Source: Hemiscyllium ocellatum (taxonomy: Eukaryota). Taken from it: 64,000 nt of DNA. Below, piece after piece: positions 25,760 to 39,909 of the stretch. Both the position numbers and the translations under genes were made by a program. The stretch spans positions 26,911,181-26,975,180 of the forward strand of contig NC_083412.1 in NCBI RefSeq assembly GCF_020745735.1. Direction: 5' to 3'. How positions within the stretch are numbered: the stretch's first letter is position 1; each line of letters opens with the position of its first letter. The notes under the pieces are model-generated. The model was not told the DNA's origin. It searched no databases and saw only the letters and a list, made by a program, of their open reading frames with translations.

Positions 25760-27129
25760 GGAAAACGTTAGGAAGTGCACTACTCATCACAGGGTTTCAA
25801 GCTTCTGACCTGTTCTTATAGCTACTGCATTTATCTGGCTGCTTCAGTTCAGTTTCTGGTCAATAGTAACCCCTAGGATGTCAGCAGTGGATGATCCAGT
25901 GATGGTAAGGTCACCAAATGACAAGGAGAGATAACTACATTCTCTCTTGTTGGAGACAGGCCCATCCTGGCACTTTTGTAGCACAGTTGTTATCAGACTC
26001 GGGCTGTCAAGTGATATTGCACATGGACACTGGCTGCTTCAGTATCTGAAAATTTGTGAATAATGTAACCATTGGTGAACTTCCTCAATTCTGACCTTAT
26101 TATAGAGAGAAGACTATTGATGTAACCGCTGAAGGTGGTCTCTCCACCTTTTCTTATTTTAGATCTATGTGAGAATCAGGCAGGATGTAAACTGATCCAT
26201 TACAGTCCATTCTCAGAACAGTTAAAAACACAGTTGTAGATTGCAATAGCAGGTTAAAGGATGTAGCTCCAGAATAAACCAAACTGCTTTTGATGTACAC
26301 ATTGCAGCTCATAGGTTCATTAAGGAGGCAGTGAGGTGACAGATGAAGCATGAGGTATGGGTAGATGGGAAATATCTCTAAGACTGTAAGACATAGCATG
26401 ATATGGATCCAAATCCTACCATTGCCACCACCAAATGTGTGTTTATCTCTCGCAAACCCCTCAAAGTGAGATCAGGATGTGAGTGACGTGGTATTGAAGA
26501 ATACAACAGGACATTTCTTGCAGCTCATTGTTGTATAGGAATACAACAAAGGTCTGGGCTAGTATTAGGCATGTCAGTTACAAACAGCAGTAAGCTTTCA
26601 CCACCAAGTCACTTAAGTTATGCCTTCAGATATACTGACATACTAACTGTGACATAATACAACTGGGAGGCAGTAAGTGTGAGGGGAAGAGTCTCAAACA
26701 GCATTCCAAACAACTGGGACAAAATGCCAGAGAACTGAAGTGGTCTAATCAGTTCCATCTATACCACAGTGGTTTCCAGGGTCAGTAACCCAACTTGATC
26801 ACATCCCTGCCCTAGACAAATATATTGTGCATGGAAGCCATTTATATAGAGATATGAGTCAACTACATTGGGACTTTCACCTCAATGGGAGTCTGGCCTC
26901 ATGTTCCAGGTGAGGAGAAAAGTCCACACATTGTACTATACAAGGAATTTGTTACAATGCCACACAACAGATTTGTGAGGAACATTACAGGCCATGAAAT
27001 AAAAGGAACTGTAGCAACATGGGTACAAAAGTGCTTAAGTGACAGGTTATAGAGAGTAACAGTCAATGAATATATTTCTAGCTGCAGTAAGATTTGCAAT
27101 GGAGCTCCTGAGGGGTTGGTATTGGGACT

Positions 27130-27338
27130 TGTAATGATTAGAGCCAAGTTAACACTGTTGATTACAAGGTCAATGATTGGGTTTGTTAACCTCGGCCAAA
27201 TCAGGAAAACCCTGGTTGACTAAGAGAACCAGGAGGTTAAGAATCTACTCAGTTCTAGATGACTGACTGAGCTGGCTGGCCACAGGCAAATAAAGGGTAA
27301 TGTGGTGACAGGGTACCAGTCTCTGTGCTGTTATTTCA
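27130..27338 (+). repeat. Short solo LTR (209 bp) nested in the CR1
   Basis: TG...CA termini, exact 5-bp TSD GGACT (27125-27129, 27339-27343), AATAAA at about 27289. Confidence 0.75.
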
Positions 27339-27734
27339 GGACTTGTGCTTTTCCTGATATATATATTAATGATCTTGTATGGAATGCTACTTGGGACTCT
27401 ACCCCTCACGCTTGGTGTGTAGAGGACAATTTCAAAGTTTGCAGATGACACAGAACTTGGAAGAATTGCACATTGTGAGGATGACAATGGAGAACTATAA
27501 AGGATACAGTCAGGTTCATGGAGTCAATGGATATGTGGCGGACGTGTGAGGTGATATATTTTGGTAGGACAGACATTAAAAGGAAACATAAAATAGGGGC
27601 TACCAGTCTAAAGGGCTGAGGGAACTAGGTGTACATATGCACAGACCATTGAGGTTGGCAGGGCAGTGGAGAGAGTAGTTAATGAAGCGTACTGTGTCAG
27701 GCTATTGCGTACAGTATCCTGAGCTTTAATAATA

Positions 27735-27851
27735 AGGTCAAGACCGTGGTGCTGGAAACACAGCAGATCAGGCAGCATAATCGATCTTCAGGCATAAGCC
27801 CTTCATCAGGAATGAGAAGGGCTTCCTGATGTCTGTCGTCCTCACCGTCTC
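27735..27851. mobile_element. Short Penelope-derived insertion inside a CR1
   Basis: 11-bp TSD CTTTAATAATA (27724-27734, 27852-27862). Degenerate hammerhead core on minus. Confidence 0.7.
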
Positions 27852-30800
27852 CTTTAATAATAGGGGCGTAGATTACAAGAGCAAAGAAGTCATACTGAAT
27901 TTGTATATGACACCTCATAGACCTCAACTGGAGTATTCTGTGTGTCATGTTATTGGAAGAATGTGTACACATTGGAGAGAGGGCAAAAGCAATTTATAAA
28001 AGAATGCTTCCGGGGAAGAGGAACTTCAGTATTGAGGATAGACTGAAGAGATTGAGACTATCCTATTTGGAGAGAAAGACCCTAAAAAGGAAATCTGATA
28101 GGGGTTTACAAAAAATCGTGCACTGACTAGATATATTTATAGGAAGAAATTGTCCCTAGTTATAAAAGGAATAGGAACAACACGGCATAGATTTAAAGTG
28201 ATTTGCAAAAGGACCAAATGTGATCGGAGAATAAATGTCACACAACGTGTATTTAGCATATGGAATGCATTGCCTGGAAATGTTGTGGGGGCCGGTTAAA
28301 TCGAAACATTCAAGAGGGCATTGGGCAATTATCTGGATAGAAATAATGGGCAAGGATATAGAGAAAAAGCAGGAGATTGGCTCAAGGTAACACAGTTCAT
28401 TTGAAAAGCCAGTGCAGACACTTTACTTTCTACAAGGATATAAGTCACAGGTCCCATGGTATAAAATTAATATTGACATGGACAGATGCATCTACAACTG
28501 GCTGATTGATGGGGACAAGATGAAGGAGCTTTTGCCCTTTTTGGTGGTTCCTTCATCAACTGCCTTAAATAGAGGGCTTCGAATTTTTACTACACTAGAA
28601 TCAAGTGAAGCAAACATCTAAATAAATATGGTTGGAGCTGATTAATTATACTTCCCATTGGAAAGCACAACAAAACATAATCACACATACTGAACCTTCC
28701 TCTTTCCAATATGACTTCCCCAGAGAAGTCTTTGGATAGTTATCAAAATGTATCCACTTTCTTGGGACCAATGACAAACATTTCTCAGATCCCTTGCAAA
28801 GTCTGGGACCTGTTAGCTCAAGTCTGAACTTCACTGACAATTCTTGCACATATGACTCAAACAGAAAATGAGCAATAGCATAGGTTTCAATTAGCACAAT
28901 TCTCTACAGATGTTCTACAATTCTTGGAATATTATCTTTCTTTGCTTTGACCTTAGTGTCCCAGATACCATTTTCTTCATTCCTGGCAGTGCCCTGTCCC
29001 ACAGCAAAGATGACAGCCCAGTTGCATATAGTCACAAGGGAATTGCCTTCAATGTTGACTCCAGACTCCATGAAATCTCGTGTCAAATATAGGCAAGGAA
29101 ATCTCCTGCTGAATACCATTGACACTTTCCCCCACCCTGGCTGATTTCCCTGCTGTGTTGAAGAGGAGGAAGCACTGATGGTGACAAGGCGCAGAACGTA
29201 CTCTAGCAGGAAAACTTCAATGTGCGGGTTGATTACCAAGTGACTTGGTAGCACTACTGCATGGTGGAATGCATTGTCTGGAAGCATGATGGAGGCAGGA
29301 TAAATTAAAACATTCAAGAGGGCATTATTTCTACCCAAATAGTCATCTAACGTGCAAGGATATTGAGAATAAGCAGGAGACTGACCCTAGGTAACGATGT
29401 TCATTTGAAAAGCCAGTGCAAACATTTTACTTTCTAGAAGTGTAAAGTCACAAGTTCCAGTACTGACCAAGCTGTTTAAGTTCTGAAGAACTGCTATTAG
29501 TCTCAGTTTCACAGATTCAAAGTTGTTATGTTGCAAAAGGAAGCTATTTGGTCCATCGTGTCTTCATTGGACATCCTTTGCATGCTATTTCTATCCAAAT
29601 AACCATCCAATGCTCTCTGTTCAAGGCAGGTGGTGAAGGAACCACCTAAAAGGGCAAAAGCTATTTCATCTTGTTCTCAATCTACCTGTCGTAGATGCAT
29701 CAGTCCATGCCAATATCAGAGGAGTGACCATTGCACAATCCCTTCACAGCTGGTGTTGAGGACGGAGGTTCTGATGAGGATGCGTAGTGTGGCATTTCCA
29801 CAGAAGAATTGTAAATGATCAGTGTTAGCAAATACGATGTGATACTAAGAAACAGCTGAAGGCACTGGATACTGCAGAGACTAAGTACTGTGACAACATT
29901 CCCACAATAGTACTGAGGACATGTGCTCCAGAATCAGCCAAGCTATTCCAGTAGAGCTCTAAGACTGGCATTGGGCTAACAATGTGGAAAATAATGTAGG
30001 TATGTTCTGTGCACAAAAGGCAGATATATCCAACCTGGCTAACCACTGCCCTTTCACTCTACTACCAACCATCAAAGTGATGGAAAGTGCTGTTGACAAT
30101 GCCATCAAGTGCTACTTACTCAGAAATAACCTGCTCATTGATGCTTAACTTGTGTTCTGCCAGGATCATTTTGCTCTTTATTTCATCATAGCTTTGGTCC
30201 AGTCAAATGACCTGAACTCCAGAAGTGAGGTGAATGACTTCCCTCAGCATCAAGCAAGCATTTGATTAAAGTATGGCATCAAGGGATAAAACTGGAGGAG
30301 TCACTAGGAATCAGGGAGGAAATTCCGCTCACTGGTTTACTATATACCTCAGAAAATAATCACATTGACCAAAACATTGGCTGATGCATATAAGAGTTTG
30401 GCCTCAACACATACTGGTCGAGGAGAAGGCATGATGTAAAACTGTTTACAAGTCTGGGCTTCATTAAAACACTGTTGATTACATTTTAAGGCGACATACT
30501 TTACCTGGCTTTCAGAGATATACAAAGATTTAATCTTACTGCCCCACTGTTGAAAGACTATTCCATGAACTCTCATTTCATGCTGGTTGAACCACTCCAC
30601 ATGCTTCAATTGGCTAGACGGCAGACTTCTGTCCAGCTCCCTGTGCACTTCTCTTTTCTTTCTGAACTCGGCCCACGTTGTGCTATCTATTCTCAGTAAT
30701 GGAGCAGCTCTATGGCATTGATGCAAGGTTGCTCCAGGGTCCTAAAGCCCTTAAAACGATAATCACCATGTCATCAAAGACGACGAATGTAACACAAGAG

Positions 30801-32584
30801 CAGGTAAGAAAAAGAACGACTATTCCCGTGTAATATTGACTTGACTCAGATGGAATTTTGTTATTTTTAAGTGTGCAGTAATTTAATTTACAAATGTAAA
30901 CTGTAGATATTTCAGTTTCTATTTTATTGAAAGAGTTAAAGTCAGGATTACAAAAACGTTATATCTCAAAAGATTCAGTTAAATCAATAAAAAACAGTAA
31001 TTATTTGGAAGATTGCTAAAAAGAGGTTTATAAAGGGGTTTAAAAATCTGGCTAATGTTGCTAAAATGGAATTATTGAGAGGACTCTAGTGGGCTGTTGA
31101 AGTGCAATGGGATTGAGAGGCAGGCTGAATTTGAATCAACTTCCAGATTCGCCTGGTTAAAACTTCTTGCAGCAGTGCCCATTTGGCTGCTGCTGAACTT
31201 CAAATCTTACGCAACTGAATGTACAGGAATCTGGAAGGGCTTCAGTCTTGTGCAACTCACTGGAACATTTTTAATCCAGGGAGGAAATCATGTTGCTAAC
31301 TTAGACAGCTGGTTATTATGTCCTACAGCATGCATTGGCTTGTCTTCACTGTGTTTGAAGTTCTGTGAAGAATAGAACGGCATCTACTTAAGGTTCTTCA
31401 ATACATGTGGTGCTGCCTGGGAAGAAGAGGAAAAGGGAAGGTACAGGGTAAATCAGAATTCTTATGGAGCGCTGCATGAAGCACTGACGACATTACTGAA
31501 AAATAGTCATATGATTAAACTACAAGCACTAACACAGATTGAAATAAATAAAACATGAAGGCATATCTGTATAAATATGGGTTTTGAAAGAAAATAAATC
31601 CACTTAAAAGGCATCACTGATGTTCCTGAACCTAATGTATTCTCTTTATATTATGTACTTATGAACAATTCCCCAATCTCTAGAACTATTTAAAGCATTT
31701 ATGCCCTGCAAGAAATCAAGTTTGCTAAGGATACATTTATTATAGTAATTTAATCGTGCAGAACCTGAGAACTGTTCAGCAAAGATACATTTTGATGAGG
31801 TATTTCATGCTGCATACATCAGGGCATCTTGCAAGAACACAAAATTCAACGGGAAAACAAAGTTTTCTACTGCATGAAAGGGCAGTGACAATTGGCTCCG
31901 ATTGGCAGAAGTGTTGCCATGGAGAATGCACCCACTAATGATGATTGGCAATTAACAACTAGGCCTTGTTTAAATTTTAAATCTGGCAGGCTGGTTGTGT
32001 TTGGCCAGGCATTGCCTTAACAAATAAACTAGCAAATGGATGCCAACTATTTTGTTAAGTTGAGACAAGCACAGTGCACGTACATGTTCTGTCCACAGAG
32101 ACCAAGGCCCTAGCTTCCAGTATACATGTGCCACATTGCAAGCTTGACATACAATCTCAAATTGGTTATCAGCATAGACCTTCACATATTCAGTATTGTC
32201 CAGCAAACTTTCTCAATTGCAGAATCACCTCTAATGTTAAGACACTGTGGTTTAAGTTTGAAAACTCAGGCTGGTTGCAGAGAGTCAATATTTTCCATGT
32301 TAGAAAGAGCCGAAGGATCATGTTGCTGGGTATGATTCACCAGACTTTGGGTCATTCAGCCTACATACCTGGCAATATACAGCAATGAAATTCACAGACA
32401 ACTAAAGGCAGCGAATTCTTGAAAGTACACCTAATTGATCTAGTACATACATACTACTAGAATCCAAATGACCTGTCCATCTTCCACATGCAACATTACT
32501 GTTGTAAGACTCTCAAAGCAAACAAACAGGCATATCAGTAAAGTGAAAGGAACTGGAATAACAAAGGGCATCTAAATCAATTGT

Positions 32585-32958
32585 CAGTTTAGATTCCCTA
32601 CAGTATGGATTAGATTAGATTCCTACGGTATGGAAACAGGCCCTTCAGTCCAACAAGTCCACATCGACCCTCTGAAGAGTAACCGACCCAGACACTTTCC
32701 CTATCCTATTAACCTATATTTACCTGACTAATACACCTAACCCTACACATCCCTGAACACTATGGGCAATTTAGCATGGCCAATTCACCTGACCTGAACA
32801 TCTTTAGATTGTGGGAGGAAACCGGAGCACCTGGAGGAAACCCATGCAGACACAGGGAGAATGTGCAAACTCCACACAGTTGCCCAAGACGGGAATCAAA
32901 CCCGGGTCCCTAGCACTGTGAGGCAGCAGTGCTAACCACTGAGCCACCATGCTGCCCT
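32585..32958 (-). mobile_element. HE1 SINE
   Basis: (GATTA)n tail, partly duplicated, plus HE1 body and tRNA-like head. Confidence 0.9.
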
Positions 32959-34897
32959 TGGGCTTGTACTTCCTAAATAATCATCATTCATTATAAAGCA
33001 ACTTTGTATCAACCAGGAAAAATTATATATGTGAAATACTGAATGTTTACTGTATTATCGCAATCTAAAACTCGTCAGTTGAGGGTACAAGAGAAGGCCA
33101 GTAAATTTTATTTAAGGCAAAGTCACCTTCTTATTTAAGTGATTTATGGCATGAATCAAGTGTAACAGTGATGTATATAATCCTTACATTATGCTTCTAT
33201 TACTTAGTGTGGGTGTGTCTGCACTGATTATATCAACCTCTTGGCCAACTGGAGTATTTGATCTACTGGCACACTCCTGGTCCCATATGTATTGGTTAAT
33301 AAAAATCCTGTGGTACATGCAAAAATAATGTTTATTTTCCTCTTGAATTTTTTATTCTTGCAAAACATCCTGATGAGCGCAAGATGAACTACTTCAACAA
33401 AAATGTTTTTTTTGCAACAATGTGCACATTTACTATGTTGATACAGAGTTTTCCGCCACATTTTAATTGCCAAGGAGCAATGCATCGACTCTCAGCCAGA
33501 AAACAATTTTGCCAGCTTTTATTCCTTTAATAGCCATCCTGAATAAAACCGCATCAGGAGCAGCTTCATAACCATGAGAACATTCACACTGTGTAACAAA
33601 AGGTACAATACTGTTTCCTCAACCATTGATTTTGCCAGACCCCGGAGTATTTTCGGCATTTTCCGTTAAAATTTCGTAGTTACTCTCCCAGTTTGCTCGT
33701 AAATATCAGGAATTATATAGATTATCTGCAGAGGATCATCTGAAGAATGCTGGCTAGCTCAGGCAGACTGCACTGTACTGAGAACTAAAGCTTGCTGGAT
33801 GTTGAACTTGGCTTATCCGCTGACATGCTTAGATCAGGGAAGGCAACTTTAGATGTGCAAAGACCATAAATCCTACAAAAAGGCTTCTCCGGATGGTACA
33901 CACCATGGTTTGAATATATCGTTTACTTAAATCTACATTTACTTGTTGAAAATTTTATTATTATTTACTTCTTAACTATGTTATACAAATTCACTTCCAG
34001 TTGTAATTTCTCAGCTAAGAAGGACTGTCAACAAAATAAAATATGCAAACTTCTCTGTTCATGTAATTTCACACCTGAAATTTTGTTTTGGAAATTGCTC
34101 TTCACTATGTGTTAATGTAGATGCCTTTGTTTATTTCTTTATGTGCATGATATTGTTGAATCCTGGATAATGTAGTGAGACTGTTACATGCTGTATTCCT
34201 TGTGTAGCATGAGTGTCCTGAAAAGTCTGCTTGTATACTGAGGCCCATGGTCAAATTCAATCTCTTCAGGGGCACTGGGCATTTTGAATACTGCATTCAT
34301 TATGTCTGCCTGGGACAGGCTTGAACTACTCTAACACTGACAGATTAAAGTTTGGAGAATTCACGACAAAGACAGAATAGTCATGATGTAATTAAAACTG
34401 TCATGATTTTGGACTACAGATCTGACAGGCCCTTTCTAATGTATTGAGGTTCCCAATGTCACTGTGGCTGGTGAACCTGGCATACCCCACACACTTTTAG
34501 TGTATTCTCAATTTCATTGTTGATTCCTGGCCAACACACACTATTCTCTGCCGGGCGGCTTGTTTGCTCTATGCCCATTTGGCTGTGATGTACTTGTGAC
34601 AATATACCCTCCCATACATGTTTGGGTACAAGAACATGTTTCCCCTTAAAAACTGCACCTCAAGGTACCTATTCATCTCTGTACGGCCAAACACATTTAA
34701 GAGTGGCTTCTACCTATTCTATCAGGCCATCCTTCTATTCAACTTTCAAGAGTGCCTTTAGTCGTAAATCATTAACTATTTCTTTCTGAAGTTGGTTGCA
34801 TTAGTGCTAACCAAAATTCATCAGATAGATCACCTCTGTGTTCATACTGTGGGCTTATAATTCTAGGGAAATTTCTGCATTCTTATTTGAATTTTCT

Positions 34898-34899
<2 letters not shown>

Positions 34900-34937
<38 letters not shown>
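34900..34937. repeat. (GT)n microsatellite
   Basis: Direct reading. Confidence 0.95.
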
Positions 34938-34938
<1 letters not shown>

Positions 34939-35639
34939 AACCATATTGTGACTAGATTTGTAGCAGACATTAAAGTCTAATCATATTCCTTTCTATAAGT
35001 TGCAGTCTCGTTCACGTGTCCATGGATTATGCCACTGAATTGCCAATGATCTGTAATTGGTTTAGAGACACATCTGGTACCTTGTGATATTGAACATCAG
35101 AGCAAGTGTTTCACACACTCTGTTGGAATTACTGGATTCTATTTGTGATAGACTTTTTGGTTGAAAAGCAACTGTCTTATAATACTACATGACACAAACT
35201 CCTAGCCCTTTGAGATAGATTGACTTCCAGAACTCTCCTCCTCCCTGGGTTGGAGCTCTGTAGGATGTAAGTTTCTCCAGACACCTTTTTGAGTGATTGG
35301 AAATCTATTGATGCTACTGCCCTAAAACGTTGGATATATTTTTTACTTAAAAGTTCTCTTAATGATGATGCTTTGTCAGAAAAGTTTGGTTTATACAGTG
35401 CTAATAAAGTAAATTAGAAATCTGAGACACCTCTGAAGGTATGTATTGTATATCAAATGTACCCAGCACACAACAAAGGCCATAACCTGAATCGATACAG
35501 CCAAGAAGGTCATCTGACCTAAGTATCTATCTGACACTTATTGCTACTAAAGATAACTTATTCACTGAGCTGCTGTAATGTCAATTTCTGTCATGCACAT
35601 CTGTGGTTTTGTTCATCACTGCAATATCACTGGTAATAC

Positions 35640-35914
35640 AGACACAGCAGGGACCCGGGTTCAATTCCCGCCATTGAGCAACTGTCTGTGTGGAGTTTGC
35701 ACATTCTCCCAGTTTCTGCATGGGTTTCTTCCCACAGTCCAAAGATGTGTAGGTTAGGTGAATTGGCCATACTAAATTGCCTGTAGTGTTAGGTGCAGGG
35801 GTAAATGTAGGGGAATGAGTCTGGGTGGGTTGATCTTGAGAGGGTCAGTGTGGACTTGTTGGGCCAAAGGGCCTGTTTCCACACTGTAGGGAATCTAATC
35901 TAATCTAATCTAAT
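35640..35914 (+). mobile_element. HE1 SINE, 5'-truncated
   Basis: B-box ggttcaattcc and (AATCT)4 tail. Confidence 0.9.
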
Positions 35915-36516
35915 CCTGGAATGTTTTCCATAATTCTGCCCACATGATGTTATATCGGATACCAACAAAACAGACAAAAGATAGAGCAGATAGACAAAAT
36001 AGAACAAGATTGACCACAAGATTGTCTCTGGAAGCAAGACCTTCCAAATTCTGGAAGTACTAATTCCTTGAGCTTCTGTTACTCAGTAAAACCATCAATA
36101 TTTATGTTTGATGTCTAGCTTGGAGAATGATTTATTATTCAGTTCTGTTCAAGTCATCATTTTGTGTGGGCAACATTATTGAGAAAGCTTTAAAATGTCT
36201 TAGGCCAAATATACATTGATTGTGCCATTATGAAGATTGTGCCATCAGTCAGAAATTGGTCAACCTGTGGATTTCACAACCACAGAAGCCTGTGGAGACC
36301 TGGTTACTGGATACACTCAAGAAACAGATTGATAAATATTCAGTTATTAAAGGTATCAATGAGTATGGACAGTAAGCAGGAATATAGTGATATAGAGGAT
36401 CAGCCATGATCTTATTCAATGGTGGAGAAGGCTCAATGAGTCATCAAGTCATGGAGATGTACAACACAGAAATAGAGCCTTCGGTGCATCTCGTCCATGG
36501 CAATCTGATGGCCTAA

Positions 36517-36845
36517 ATTAGATTAGATTAGATTCCCTACAGTATGGAAACAGGCCCTTCGACCCAACAAATCTATACTAACCCTCCGAAAGGTAACCCA
36601 CCCAGACCCATTCCCCTATATTTACCCCTGACTAATGCACCTAACACTACGGGCAATTTAGCATGGCCAATTCATCTAACCTGCACATCTTTGGACGGTG
36701 GGAGGAAACCGGAGTACACGGAGGAAACCCACGCAGACACGGGGAGAATGTGCAAACTCCACACAGTCAGTTGCCTGAGGTGGGAATTGAAACCGGGTCC
36801 CTTGCATTGTGAGGCAGCAGTGCTAACCACTGAGCCACCGTGCCA
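36517..36845 (-). mobile_element. HE1 SINE nested in a CR1 3'UTR fragment (about 36440-36900)
   Basis: (GATTA)n tail and HE1 body. CR1 UTR sequence continues on both sides. Confidence 0.88.
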
Positions 36846-37354
36846 GCACCTGGCTCATATCCTTCTAAATCCTTTCTACTTATGTACTCATCCAGATGCC
36901 TTTTAGTGTCAAAGAGATATCCAAACAACTTGCTCCTGCTCCTAGTTTCTATGTCTATATTGTCCCACATGGCTTACAAAAAAGTAGACAGTTTCACAGC
37001 TGGAGCAACATGCTGCACTTCCCACACAGGTCGCTTGCTTTCTGCATCCTGTCTACTGCATCACTTGGTAACTGGAGGTAATGTTTGCAAATGTTGCTGT
37101 CCATCTACAACAGCTTAATGCTTTCTACCAGTAATATATTATGCCAACATTGTGACTACTCCCTTCCTCCAAGTAACCTTTTGGTTAAGTTGAGAATGTG
37201 TATCGAGTATGATCAGGTAGGGAAAGAGTTAAGTTCTGAATTTTGTGAAACAAGAGGTTCAGCTGAGCATGTCTCAGATCAGATAAGAACTTGCAGTTAA
37301 CAATAGGGTGCTGGAGGCAAAGATAATGGGTTAACAAGGTGGAAAAGCAGTCAT

Positions 37355-37678
37355 TATTAGATTACTTACAGTGTGGAAACAGGCCCTTCGGCCCAACAAG
37401 TCCACACCGACCCGCCGAAGCGCAACCCACCCATACCCCTACCCCTACCACTACATTATCCCTTACCCCTTACCACTATGGGCAATTTAGCATGGCCAAT
37501 TCACCTGACCCGCACATCTTTGGACTGTGGGAGGAAACCGGAGCACCCGGAGGAAACCCACGCAGACACGGGGAGAACGTGCAAACTCCACACAGTCAGT
37601 CGCCTGAGTCGGGAATTGAACCCGGGTCTCCAGGCGCTGTGAGGCAGCAGTGCTAACCACTGTGCCACCGTGCCGCCC
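37355..37678 (-). mobile_element. Young HE1 SINE
   Basis: Intact GGGCGGCACGGTGGCACAGTGG head with CpGs retained. Confidence 0.93.
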
Positions 37679-38983
37679 AATGTAGAGCCATTTAACAATA
37701 TTGGAGGCACTCAGTATGTAAGGTCAGTTTAACAAGGTGAAAAGTATTCATCATGTGAAGCCAGTTAAGGTCAAGTACTTTCATTGTGTAACAGCAGATG
37801 GCTTAATCTTTACTCCTGACACTCGCTGATTGTAACGGTCACCCAATAAATATGTATGTTGCCTTATCTGGATGCTCTGTCCTGTAAAATGACTATATAA
37901 TTCATTCAGAAACTGCTGTTTGAGACAGACGACTGAGAATTCACATCCCTGTGCACATGGGCAATTGTTCTCTCCCTCCAGGACCTGGAATAAAGATGAA
38001 GGAGCTAAAACTACTGTGTCTCGGAGCGTTTTGCTTTGACTGAGGGGGCAAATAGGACAAAGTGTCAATCAGCAGTGAAACTGCCACCAGACCTGCAATC
38101 TAATCACACAGCTCTATTTCTGACAAATCACAGTTGTCAGCCTTCTCAGGACAATGACTGCTCGCGTAATTCCTGCAGCTGTTGCCTAGAAAATTTCAAC
38201 TCTAGATGGTGAATTTTAGCTTTGTGTAAAGGTAAACTGTAATTTTCTAGTATTTTCCATTGATTAGCAGGATCTTTCCAGGCTAGTCCTAAGATAATTA
38301 AAGGATTGATTCTGTTCAAGCCCCCATTTTCATGGGCTATCTTTACTGTTTTATCTAGTCTTTACAACCATCTAATTTAAAAAAGCAAAGCCTCATTTTT
38401 TTCTTGTATGAATTGCCTAAATTCAGTTGGGATTTCTGTGGCCTTCCAATTCATTCTAGGGAATGTCCGATATCTTTTTACCTGTCTTCTGCAAATGCTA
38501 TCCATGTCTAGGGAACTTATAGCCATCTTGCGCAAGATTGATATTTGTGGGGATTCTGAAATGTACTGACTGCATTTTGTTTACTCTTTTTTAAAAAAGC
38601 AATCTGCTTTGTGCTGGTTTGAGGTGCAGATCCAAATTTGTTTTTTAACGCAAATCAAGCACTTTTCCAAAGTCTGGGCATAGATTTAACTTTCGCAGCT
38701 ACAATTCTTGGCTGGAGACCTTCTCCTGTGGTTTACGAACTTCTATTATTGCCCTTCGTTTTTAAAAAAAATCATCTGATCACCATGTCAGACTTCTCAT
38801 GTCATTGGCGAGTAGACAAAGCAAAAGAATTACTTTAAAACATCAAGAATATTTAACAGCTTAAATTACAAATTTTCTAAACAACCAGTTCAGAAATGTT
38901 ATTACACATCATGCTGCTGCTGGGCTAGAGCTGGTAGTTGGCCATGTGCTTTCAGATGTGTTACGTGACATGTTATGTGTTGT

Positions 38984-39298
38984 GGGCGGCACGGTGGCAC
39001 AGTGGTTAGCACTGCTGCCTCACAGCGCCTGAGACCCGGGTTCAATTCCCGACTCAGGCGACTGACTGTGTGGAGTTTGCACGTTCTCCCAGTGTCAGCG
39101 TGCGTTTCCTCCGGGTGCTCCGGTTTCCTCCCACAGTCCAAAGGTGTGCGGGTCAGGTGAATTGGCCATGCTAAATTGCCCATGGTGTTAGGTAAGGGGT
39201 AAATGTAGGGGTATGGGTGGGTTTCGCTTCAGCGGGTCGGTGTGGACTTGCCACTTGCCCCCCCCAAAGGGCCTGTTTCCACACTGTAAATCTAATCT
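38984..39298 (+). mobile_element. Young HE1 SINE
   Basis: Near-identical to 37355-37678 in the opposite orientation. AATCT tail. Confidence 0.93.
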
Positions 39299-39909
39299 GT
39301 GACAAACTGAAGTCCCTTCACAGGGACGTACATTCGAACATTGAAGTGTCTCTTTGGTACCATCTACAAATTCTGGAATCTTCAGGAGATTTAATATAAC
39401 TGGCCACACCTTAATGTCACCAAAGGATTATCTTACCCTATTGTCTTTACTGAGATATGAAAATAGAGATGCAAAAAAAAACATTTAAAATACTCTGCTT
39501 CCATGGTTCTCTGAAAGACAGAATCGTACCAATTGGAGAGTTTGGCTCTAGATACACATGATAATTGTTCAATGACCGCAGCTTGTCACAGAAAAACCAA
39601 TTACTATGGTATTGGATTATTAGGTTCCATTCACAGTCACAGCCAGTAGTATTTAAGTGTTTTTCTACCTGGCCTGAGTTGAAGAAGCTTACAGCATTTA
39701 CCAGGTGTCTTTAAAACAGTAATATCACTACATGTTTCATCAGAGACATTAAGCCAAAAGGGTAAGGAAAAGTTAACTTAAAAATGGAGATTAATGTAAA
39801 TTAGAGATAAGGATATGAGGGAGGAAAGACTCACAGAGGAAGTCACAGGAACTGAGAATTGGGGAATATGGAGTGCTGTAAATATAATGGGGTCAGTGAT
39901 TGAAAAAAA

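Larger units (their letters stand above)
26890..28430 (+). mobile_element. Old CR1 LINE (RT to 3' end) with two nested insertions
   Basis: ISKFADDT-encoding atttcaaagtttgcagatgacaca at about 27429. CR1 3'UTR at 28250-28420. Confidence 0.8.

Noticed and set aside
31200-31416. Strong minus-strand acceptor (cttcccttttcctcttcttcccag) in intron 1
   Set aside because: All three frames hit stops within about 35 nt. At most a non-coding or poison exon, with no support.
38984-39060. tRNA gene
   Set aside because: The A/B boxes belong to a SINE head that continues into the HE1 body.
36544-39409. Recurrent ORFs such as MGNLAWPIHLT...GRKPEHPEETHADTGR
   Set aside because: Translations of HE1 SINEs, not proteins.
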